The position numbers and the translations under genes were made by a program. Below are positions 13,061 to 25,568 of a DNA stretch of 64,000 bases, piece by piece. The notes under the pieces are model-generated. The model searched no databases. It was not told where the DNA came from and saw only the letters and a list, made by a program, of their open reading frames with translations. Within the stretch, counting starts at the first letter, position 1. Each line of letters begins with the position of its first letter. Source of the stretch: Utricularia gibba (lineage: Eukaryota > Plantae > Magnoliophyta); assembly GCA_002189035.1 (NCBI GenBank), contig NEEC01000018.1:1984001-2048000 (forward strand). Reading direction: 5' to 3'.

Positions 13061-13692
13061 ATGAGGGCGAAGGTGCGAAGCTCAGCTTCTTTTCTCTTTT
13101 TTTCGTTGGTGTTGTGCCCTATGTTGTGGTCTTCGATTCTTGGGATGTTTCGTTCTGCTAAGTGTTGGCATCTTCAATCGCCGATTGCTTGTTTGTTCTC
13201 TTAAATATAAGACGGTGGTAGTCTTTTTTTAAATTGATTATTTCGTAGGTTTCATCCAACGTAATTGGGTTCTTTTGACATCTAGCTTCAATCAATCCAT
13301 GATGAGGCGATTTTGTTTAGATTTTCCATGTGATGCGCTGTTCCAATAGGTTAAATTATGGCTGAATCTGTGGGTTCCTAAGCATGCTTCCGGTTTACTC
13401 AATTCATTGGTTCTGTGATCCCCATTTCTTAAAATTTAGGGTTTATGGTTAAGAAGTTGGAATCTTCACTCTATCGACTGGGTTTTGATGGTTTTATGTT
13501 TCCTTCGCATTTCAAAGCATGCTATAGTTTATCACCCCTGCCCGTGTTTCCCGTTCTTTGTTACCATCATTCTGTTCCCATTCGAGATTACTTCAGAATA
13601 CTAACTGTGCGGTGACACTTCTGCAGTGGAAGAAGAAGCGCATGAGGAGATTGAAGAGAAAGCGCCGAAAGATGAGGCAGAGATCCAAGTAG
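13061..13692 (+). CDS. RPL41: 60S ribosomal protein L41 (eL41), 25 aa; exon 1 13061-13072, exon 2 13627-13692
   Basis: ATG AGG GCG AAG|gt...ctgcag|TGG AAG AAG AAG CGC ATG AGG AGA TTG AAG AGA AAG CGC CGA AAG ATG AGG CAG AGA TCC AAG TAG = [25 protein letters not shown]. Confidence 0.97.
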
Positions 13693-14159
13693 ACCTTATG
13701 ACCCCATCAAACGGCTTTCGCTGTGAAAGCTTTTCAATTGTTCCTGCTCTAATCTTGTGACTTGCTACTGGTTTTCCTTTGCTGTTGAACGGGCCTTGAG
13801 CCGACTTTCATTTGGTTAATAGCTTTCCTTGAAGCTAGTTTTGCTTTTCTCATTGCATTTTGGATCTTTCATACAAAGCCCATGAACATATCAGTTGAAG
13901 AAGGCGAAAATCGAATCATGCTGTTGTCTGTGATTGCGAAAAGTTGACTGTATTCTTAGAATTCCGAAGCTTTGAGCTATCGAATGCCCGTGCCGTGGCG
14001 ATGAAGGTTGTTGTCATGGTGCTGGGCTGATTCTGGGAATACGATAAACTGTGGTGCTCCAATGCAATTATCGGTTGTCGTAGGGCGCCGAGGTCTGTTA
14101 AGCAAAAGATAAAACTGTGTTCCAGTGTTCGGTATTCGCCACGAAATTTCTGAACAGCA

Positions 14160-16755
14160 ATGGCGAGGGTACTGTCATCCTATCTGATGACGTCGCTACC
14201 CTTGAAGTGCCCTCTGCAACCGCGATGGCCGTACACGCAGCATACGTTGATGGTGAATCGCTGTTTCTCCGCCGCGAAGATAAGCATGAGCTTGAAAGCC
14301 GGCATTGTTGGGCTCCCCAACGTCGGCAAGTCCACTCTCTTCAACGCCGTAGTATGTGACGTTGTTCATGGTTGCCTTTTCTTTAGAATTGGTCTTTTCA
14401 GATGAATACTGGATTCGCTTTTTCTGTTCCTGTTTCGTAGTTTCTGGATTGATTGAAAAGGCTAGAGCCATAAGCGTGCGATATTGAGCTTATACTTTGA
14501 TTCGGTTCTCAGTACAATTCAACCCCTCTTGGTGCGATCCGACCTACAGTCGGATCGTTTGTGAAAAACACTTTTCGTAGACAATTTTCCACATATGTCT
14601 TATCCTTTTACTTGTTGCAAGAGTGCAAATGGGTCATGAGTATTGATGCCCTTCGTTATACGCAGGTTGAGAACGGAAAAGCTCAAGCTGCAAACTTTCC
14701 CTTCTGTACCATAGAGCCAAATGTAGGAATTGTCGCGGTTCCAGATACTAGGCTCAATGTTCTTTCAGAACTTTGCAAATCTCAACGGGCTGTCCCAGCG
14801 TCCATTGAGTTTGTTGACATCGCTGGTCTTGTCAAGGGAGCCAGCCAAGGAGAGGTACGCATTATAATAAGCATGGTGAAGCAATCCATGTTTGTAAGGG
14901 GTTTCAGCGTTTCCTCATTGTCGAAACATTTGCAGGGTTTGGGTAATAAATTTTTGTCTCATATTCGGGAAGTGGATTCCATACTCCAGGTATCCTTTTT
15001 TCCTTCATTATTCCATATTCTTACCATCCATAGGAAACTATGTCTCGTTGTTTAGTTCAACTGATTTGAAAGCCCCACATTTCACAACCCTTTTATGAAA
15101 ATAAGATGTGGACTGGCCTCTGGCTTAATAACCATTAATGATTTGCACTTTGTTTCTTTTGAAGGTGGTTAGATGCTTCGAAGATAATGACATTATTCAT
15201 GTGAATGGAAAAGTTGATCCAAAATCTGACATTGAAGTCATCAACTTGGAGTTAATTTTTTCAGATTTGGATCAGGTATGAGGTTCTGCAGTTGCAGCAA
15301 TCCTGATTGCATGTCATTTTAATGCTATGGAACTCTGTGATTAGAAAAATCAGAAAATAGAATGAGTGGGAATGGATGAACATCATCTACTGTTCTCTGT
15401 GTCTTGCCTCCTTGACATATGTTCGCGTTTATTTTTCTCATGGATTCTAAGGAATGAGCTCGGTTAAAAGAATGCAGGTTGATAAAAGGATGGAAAGACT
15501 CAAGAAAGGGAAAGCGAAAGAGCCACAAGCCAAAGTGAAGGTTCTAGGATGACGTTTATTATTTTATCATGTCTGTATGACCATTTCTTGGTTAAAACAT
15601 ACTTTTGGTTGTTGCAGGAAGAGGCGGAGAAATCCGCCCTGGAAAAGATTCAGCAAGCACTGTTGGATGGAAAACCTGCAAGATCAATCTCTTTATCTGA
15701 TCTTGAAAGAGATTCCATTAGACATCTCTGCCTTCTCACAATGAAACCTGTCATATATGTTGCAAATGTTGCCGAGACTGATTTAGCTGAGCCTGAAAAT
15801 AATATCTATGTAAAAGACGTGATGAAACTTGCATCTGATTTGCAATCTGGACTAATAACAGTCTCAGCCCAGGTTTGTTTTGTTTTTTAGCTCTTATAAT
15901 TGTTCTTCTTTGTTTTGAAAAAACACCTGTAAGATCAACTTGAAAGCGGGGATCCTGTTGTACAATGTCTCCCTTTTCTCACTATTTTCACCAGCTTTCT
16001 GCTCTTATTCAAGAAAGAAGTTTTAAAATACATCCACATGACACTCTTCACTAATGTTTCTTGTGCCCCAGGTTGAAGCAGAGCTTACAGAAATTCCTCC
16101 AGAGGAGAGGCTCGAGTACTTGGAATCACTTGGAGTGACCGAAAGTGGTCTCGGCAACCTTGTCCGGGCAACATACAGACTTTTAGGATTACGTACATAT
16201 TTCACTTCTGGTGAAAAGGTGATCCAGGAATTTCATTGTCTGCTAATACTCTCTGTGCTGACACTTGACTTTATGGATTGCCGTTGTCTTTCTTGTAGGA
16301 AACCAGAGCTTGGACCATTCGAGCAGGTCGATCTTATTCCTTGTGTTAGATTTTCCTGAGCCACTAGAGATCATATTTCTAACATATAGGCTGTCACTTA
16401 CAGGGATGACTGCCCCTCAAGCAGCCGGAGTCATACATTCCGACTTTGAGAGGGGATTCATTCGTGCCGAAACGGTGGGTATTTCCATCTTTGAATGTGT
16501 GATTCAAGGGCTGGTTTTTCTCTGAGACTGCTGATTTTGAATCACATGGGTTGCTAGGTTGCATACGACGACTTTGTCATGGCAGGTTCATTCTCTTCGG
16601 CAAGGGAAAAGGGACTGGTGAGTGAACTGAACTCCCCTATAACTTGTCCAACTTCTGAAATCCTCAATCCTGTGGAGTGCTTGCAGTTGAGATCGGAGGG
16701 AAAGGAATATGTAGTTCAAGAAGGAGACGTGATGCTGTTTCGCTTCAACGTCTGA
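14160..16755 (+). CDS. YchF: Organelle-targeted ribosome-binding ATPase YchF/Obg-like (EngD2-type)
   Basis: Transit-peptide-like N-terminus, then [42 protein letters not shown]...[30 protein letters not shown]...[23 protein letters not shown]...[21 protein letters not shown]. Confidence 0.95.
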
Positions 16756-18646
16756 GTATGATCAGATTCGACCTCGGTATCTTATGACCAGCAAGCAGCC
16801 TGACACGATGGGTGAGCAACCGTGAAGCTCATGAATGTAGCAGTTGGAGCGGCTGTGATTGCTGCTCTTAGCCCTTACAAGCTCATACTGTCTGTCTGCC
16901 TGTCTTCATAATCCCAAAAAAATGGACAGCCAGTTCTTGATTCTTACTCCGTTTTTTCGATGAAAACCGTGAATGTTTTTCCAGAAACTCTTCATTGAGC
17001 GGCCATTGTTGTCTTGCATTGAGGATCCACAGTGAGTTCGTTGAACTCGCAGTTGTTGAAGAGATGTTCAAAAGGCAGAACAAAAAGTGATGACTGGATT
17101 CTGTTAGTCTCTCAAAATGATCGGCGAAGCACATTGGTCCCAGTGGGACTATCTGCTCAGGCTGCCGGTATTCCGCCGGCGCCATGGAAACCGCCATTCT
17201 GCGCCTCTCAAATCGCGGCATATTTCCAGTAATTTACCTTGTTCTTCGATGTCTGCTCCTGGATCCAATGGAAACGAAACGCAGATTGGGCGCTGTATAT
17301 TCAAATCATTTGGTTGCTTCACCAGATGGAACTCAAACATCATGTGACTTGTCACCTTGCGTAGTTCTAGAAACCTCATGAGAAGGCCCTTGTGCTTACA
17401 CTGGATGGGGTACCGGTGCTGGAGAAGAACTTTTCCACGAGCAGGCTCCGGCCGATCGGTAATCGGAATCCGAATTATAGAGAGATGAGACAGGGAGGCT
17501 TCTTCTTGGAATTTTGTTGTGCACGATCTTTTAAGTGTCCTTTTGGCTTTATATGGAAATGAATATTGAGGAGCACGTTATAAATCATGGATGTAGTTGG
17601 TATTGGGCCCCTGGCTAGTGCTGATTTTGGTCCTGGGCTTTCTATTTCCGTAGATGGATTGGGCTTTGTGTAACAGTTGCACAAATACTATTTTAAAAAG
17701 TTTGGGGAAAGTCGTGTAAATAATGGAGAGTCAGAGGGGGTGTGTGCAATACTTTCAAAAAAAAGTGACGTCAGAGAAACGGCTGAAAAAATCCAACGCC
17801 TGGAGATGTTTTTGGTAGAGATGAAGGGAGCGAGAAACTACGGAGTGTATTTGGAATTGCAAGTGGAATATCCCTGATTGTACTGCGCCTCATACTTCGG
17901 TGAGATAGAAGAATATTCTTTGCTCTTTTTTCGATGTGTTTTGCTGTATCGGAAGAGTGTTTCTTTGCTCTCTGGTTTGCATTTGTGTTCGTTTCACTGT
18001 GTGGCTTTTCATTTTCGATCTATGGGTTTCCCGCTTACCCGTAGAGCTCCTTAAGGAACGAAGGCTTCTTTTTCAGAAGCTAAGAAATGGAGCGTTGTGC
18101 TCCTGAAAACAGATGGTGACAAATAAATGAATCGAAGGTTGTTCACGATATTTGATGGGTCACTAGGTATATTGGAAACATGTTGTACTTTGGCTTCGTA
18201 ACGGGATTCTGGGTTCACTAGGAATGTGATAAAAATTGGTATTTGTTTTCTTGTTTTCGTGTTGGGGCTTGATATACTTTCTTCAGGCAGCGAATCTCGC
18301 AAGTGCTACTCCGGCTTCTTTTTTTTTCATGAACATTTTGTCCGTAGAGCCAGTCTTATGATGCCAGTGAACAGATTTAGGAATCGCAGACTCTCATCTA
18401 TGAATTGCGTTTTTCAACAATGAATAGCATTCTCAGCACCGGTATCTGGAACATGAACAAAGACTAGACACGAATACTGGATTAGATTTCAAGGGATTAA
18501 ATCATGACATCTATGGCATATTTTGACATCTTGTTATCTTCTAATTTGTTGATGTTTGTTTGCATTAAGTGGTTTAGAGCAACTCAGGAATTTGAATTTC
18601 CGAAGCTTAAAGTAATGATTTATTTTTCAAGTGCAGAATTGTGAAG

Positions 18647-19237
18647 ATGATGAACACGAAACCTTTACACCCATTGCACCAGATTGCTGAAACTCCAAGT
18701 CACCGTCTCCTTCTAAAACAGTGGCTCAAGGAGGAGGAACTCATCCTCCACCGTATCTCCCTCAAAGAAACTCAAGTCGATGCAACTCGACGAGAGATCA
18801 CACAGCTCTACTACCTTTTCTTCATCTTCCATTCCACCCTCCTCCTCCTCCTCTACACTGCTTCTTCTGGCACACCGCCTGGAAGTTCCACCCTGTGCAA
18901 GAGATACTGGATCCCATCTCTCTGCTCCATGGTTAGCTCCCTTGGATTCATTTGGGCCATCAGATACAAAACCGACACCGAAGCCCACCTGCAGACACTG
19001 CTCGAGAGGGAGCTTGAGGATTCATCCCTGTTGTCAAAGTGTGTCGAGGAGCTGAAGAAGAAAGGCCTGGACTTCGATCTCATGAAGGAAGTTGATGCAT
19101 TTCGTCGAGCAAAGAGCTTGCGCGTTGAATCGAAGGTGGTAAGGAAATGGTCAGGCCGCGACCTTGTCGCCCTGTTCTTCATCACTGTTTCTTGCCTGGC
19201 TCTGGGTCTGGTAAAAATTGTGCTATGCAGCAGCTAG
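18647..19237 (+). CDS. Uncharacterised plant-conserved membrane protein (single coding exon; probable 5'-UTR intron ~17900-18636)
   Basis: 196-aa ORF with HPLHQIAETPSHRLLLKQWLKEEELIL, hydrophobic segments and ELKKKGLDFDLMKEVDAFRRAKSLRVE. There is a strong acceptor (ttttcaagtgcag) 10 nt before the ATG. I recall the family as uncharacterised. Confidence 0.8.
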   Translation: MMNTKPLHPLHQIAETPSHRLLLKQWLKEEELILHRISLKETQVDATRREITQLYYLFFIFHSTLLLLLYTASSGTPPGSSTLCKRYWIPSLCSMVSSLGFIWAIRYKTDTEAHLQTLLERELEDSSLLSKCVEELKKKGLDFDLMKEVDAFRRAKSLRVESKVVRKWSGRDLVALFFITVSCLALGLVKIVLCSS

Positions 19238-19498
19238 TGAGTATATGCTCACCTCTACTTATCATGAATCTAAGCTGCTGTAGAAGCCTACATCCTTCCT
19301 TTCAGATAGAACATCTGTAACACTCCCCTCTGTGAACTTACATTTTAGCAGCAAATTTGATTCTTCTTTTGGCAAAATTCAGGCATACCAGAAGAAGGGT
19401 GCATTAGAAATCGGACTATCTTCTCTTATTACTGTGTGAGAGATATAACCATTCTTAATATATTTTTTGTAAGGTATTGTGTGTGAAAGAATGTTGTA

Positions 19499-19542
19499 TC
19501 CCACATCGGTTTTCAAAAGTTTTAGATTCTTGTTTAAAATAG
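19499..19542 (+). promoter_or_regulatory. Plant Pol III type-3 promoter: USE (TCCCACATCG) plus TATA-like box
   Basis: USE at 19499-19508 and TTTAAAATAG at 19533-19542 are 24 bp apart, the Pol III spacing, at about -64 and -30 from the SRP RNA 5' end. Confidence 0.85.
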
Positions 19543-19562
19543 CGTGTAGTGCTTGTCATTTC

Positions 19563-19853
19563 GCCGGGCTTCCAAGCCTATAACTCTTCGGAGGGCATTG
19601 GGTTGGTTGGACGTTGGGCTTATTCGGACACTTGGGCTCTTGGTGTGAAGGCGGCTTGCCCGATCCAAGCCTGTAGTTGGGCCGCGGGGTCTCGGCGAAG
19701 GCTGAGGCTTCTTGGTCCTTAGAGTGGAGGGTATCGCGTTAGGCTGGCAACAGAGCAACGAATACCTCCCGCTGTAGGCAGTGGATGGATAACAGGCTCG
19801 TGCATCTTGGGTCCTACGAAGTGCGCTGGGTCGCCCTAATTGAACAACCAACC
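19563..19853 (+). ncRNA. 7SL: Signal recognition particle RNA (7SL), ~291 nt
   Basis: 5' GCCGGGC. Helix 5 ends pair (GGTTGGTTG/CAACCAACC). Helix 6 is GGGGTCTCGGC-GAAG-GCTGAGGCTTC, fully paired with a GNAR loop. The plant 7SL core CTTCTTGGTCCTTAGAGTGGAGGG and the helix 8 SRP54 motif (UAGG/AGCA) are present, flanked by a USE/TATA promoter and a T6 terminator. Confidence 0.93.
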
Positions 19854-19859
19854 TTTTTT
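19854..19859 (+). terminator. Pol III oligo-T terminator of the 7SL gene
   Basis: TTTTTT immediately after the 3' strand of helix 5. Confidence 0.85.
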
Positions 19860-20036
19860 GTTTTGTCATTTGGGCGGGCCGCTTATTACAAGTGGAAAAC
19901 GACACAGTGAACACAGGAGGGATCGTGCTTCTTCTGATCGTTCTGTCTTTTTCTTTGTTAATTTCGTTGTCTTTCTGTTAGGAATTCATCGTCGCTTGTT
20001 TAGTTTTTCTGTAATCTCTGGGTATCATCTTCGGGG

Positions 20037-22027
20037 ATGGTAAGTGTCTGCATCTACGCTGCTGATTCTTCAGTTCTTTTTTTTGGTAAAATCGCTGTCG
20101 GGTTTTTCTTTGTTAAAGTTCGGTTATTATGAAAATCGTTCTACTTCGGTGTATTTTTCGTTCGTTGGTTTCTATTTCTTGTTTAATTGTTGATGTGTAT
20201 GTTATCGGCTAATTTAGCTAGGGATCATCAGCTAGTTTCTTTGTTTTGTGAATTGGCTGACAGAATAAATTGGGGAGAGGTCAGCGTGACAAGCTACAAC
20301 AGTTCATGCTGATTACAGGGGCGAGGTAATATTGAGTTTTGTGCTGATTCGGATCCGCTCATGTTTCTTTTGTCTATGAATATCATCAGCTAGTTTCCGT
20401 GTAGACTAACTGTTCCGCTTAATGCAGTGAAAAAGTTGCCTTCCAGGCTCTGAAGTCCAGTGACTGGCAATTCGAAGGTGCGTTCGAGCTATTTTACAGT
20501 CATCCCCAGCTCAAGTCAGTTGCTGACACAAGGCATATTGAAGAGCTTTACAACAGATACAAAGGCACGTGCTATATCAAGTACTTTTTCCCACAGCCCA
20601 TGTCTTTCAACTGTGGAAGTTTACCTTTCTGATGTTGAATTTTTTTGGCATATTCTTCATATAGATCCATATGTTGACATGATTATGGCTGATGGGATTA
20701 CTCTACTATGCAATGACATTCAGGTTTATAATTTTTTCAAATAAAAAATTTCTCGAATTCTGTAAGTTGATTTATCTATTTTTATTCAGATAGTTATTGC
20801 TACTTGGTTAACTTTGGACTTTTAAATTTCTTTTATCAGGTTGATCCTCAAGATACTGTCATGGTGAGTGCTTTCTATTGTCGAGGGCAGAAAAAGTTCC
20901 TCATATAGGTTCTTTGCAAGACATTAATTGTATAGGCGCATTATAAAAGCACTTGGAAAATGAAATGCTGTTAATGAAATGATCATGGTCCTTGTCTTTC
21001 TTTCTTTTTCTGCCTTTTAGTTGGTGATCTCGTGGCATATGAAAGCTGCGACGATGTGTGAATTCTCAAAACAGGAATTTATTGGAGGCCTACAAGCAAT
21101 GGGGTGAGTATAGTGGAAGTATGTCATTTTATTTAGTCAGTTCCGAATTATTACAATATACTTTTCTATTTGCAGGGTCGACTCCTTGGACAAGTTCAGG
21201 GAAAGATTACCAAGTTTGCGTTCTGAACTAAGAGATGAACGTAAGTAATATTTTGTTAATCCTGCCGGAAATGTAAAATTTAGTGGATTTTTCGCTGAAA
21301 CCTTTCCACTAATTGTGTGATCTTATCTCTTCCCCAGAGAAATTCAGGGAGATCTATGATTTTGCATTTGGCTGGGCAAAAGAAAAGGTTTTTTCTTTTC
21401 CATTGGATTCATGAAAATCACATGTCCCATCTTTTTGTTTTACAAATTATCTTACCTTTTTTACACCCCCTGTGACAAGATGATAATTTTTTGCACTCAG
21501 AAGAGTACCTTTCATTCATTATCCAGTCGGGATTTTCTTGATTCAGGGTCAGAAGTCTCTAGCACTAGACACTGCAATCGGTATGTGGCAGTTGCTGTTT
21601 GCAGAAAAACACTGGCCATTAGTCGACCATTGGTGCCAGTTTTTACAGGTGGAACAACCAACTGCCAAATTGTAATTTTTCATTGAGGTAACAGGTCGAT
21701 ATAGTTACTGATACACTTTCTGGACGTTTCAGGCTCGGCATAACAAAGCTATATCTCGTGACACCTGGTCGCAGTTGCTGGAGTTTGCAAGGGTAAATAC
21801 AAAACTCTCGAACAAGTTATAAATCACTTCACACAAGTGTTTCACTTTCTGCTTTGCCTATCTGAAATGCTTCTTGTCCTTTGTAAAACCAGACTGTAGA
21901 TCCTGCACTTTCCAACTATGATCCTGATGGGGCATGGCCGTATCTTATCGACGAATTTGTGGAATACTTGAATGAGAGTGGCATCATCCAAAAGGGAAAG
22001 TTGAGCGAGTGGAACTACAAAACTTGA
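20037..22027 (+). CDS. DCN1: DCN1-like protein (defective in cullin neddylation 1); ATG-only first coding exon
   Basis: ATG|gtaagt, then [15 protein letters not shown]...[25 protein letters not shown]...[16 protein letters not shown]...[34 protein letters not shown]...[13 protein letters not shown]...[14 protein letters not shown]. One intron has a GC donor (20565). Confidence 0.95.
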
Positions 22028-22492
22028 CGTGCTACCGGTGTCGTGTTTGTGGGTGGCTGTTTTGATAATGTCTTACAACTGATGTCTCGACAGCACCGCA
22101 GCTGCAGGATCATATTGTGCGTGTCTTGGGCCATTTTATATGAGTACTGTTTATTACCATTATTTCACTCAATCTCTGCCATCATCTTGTTTGATATGAA
22201 CATGCATTGTTAGTCAATGCATAATCACTTGGAACATGAAAAAGTTCCTGCGTTTCAAGGAATCACTTTAGTCATCACAGACAAGCAGATTCTGGTTTTG
22301 TAGACATTTCGAATCACCCAGGAATATCAGCAGCAAAGTCGTGCCTTTCGAGGAAAGACCTACTAGTAAAAAAAGGTTGTTAGTTTCCGTACAGGATCCA
22401 GCTGTAATGGCTCGCCTCTTCCAGTTAAGCAGGCTGCGATTTGAGAACTGTATTTGTAGTGACGAGTTTTGTGTACCTTGTGATGGCTTCTC

Positions 22493-24911
<2,419 letters not shown>

Positions 24912-25568
24912 ATCAGATGACGGTGAAACGAAACGATCGGGAGAGCCGATGAGACTGGAGAGAGTATTCTATTCTTCCAAAAGAAGGCAGATAGATTTCT
25001 AAATGCCACCACATTCCGATATTTACTTTCTATTTGCACTTTTTACCCTATCAACCTTCCCTACCCAATTTTTCTTACTCCAATCCAACGCAGGCGAGTA
25101 TCCACACTTCACCAAAGAAAAACCATCGCCGTCGCTCTCGGAGACAGGGAAGAAGATCCCTAGGGTTTCCGATGACGACGAAGATGCAGAAAGATGAATG
25201 AAACACAGCACGCGGCTCGTCTCCAGTGTTTTAAAGCAGGCAGCACCCCTTACCCATGAGGTTTACCGGTTGAAAGACCCCGTATAATAATATATCATCT
25301 TTTTTATTTAAAAATATTAATTATTTTTAAATATTAAATAAGTCTCAATTTAATTTATTATAGTCATTTTTAAAATTATTCACTGTATTATTCTTTCTTT
25401 TTTAAATATATTATTCGTTTTAAATATTCGATATTTTAGAAAAATAGCTGCTCTTTAATCCACATAACTATCCAATGCTTATCAACAAATCAATCGACGT
25501 GTAACATTCCGATAGGATGGGAGAGTATTTAATTGCGTACATTACACGTGTTTTATGCAAATTTATTT

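Noticed and set aside
13299-13365. Box C (ATGATGA) ... box D (CTGA) pair in the RPL41 intron
   Set aside because: No terminal stem, no clear D' box, and no rRNA-complementary guide next to box D that I could verify. An Rfam or snoscan run would settle it.
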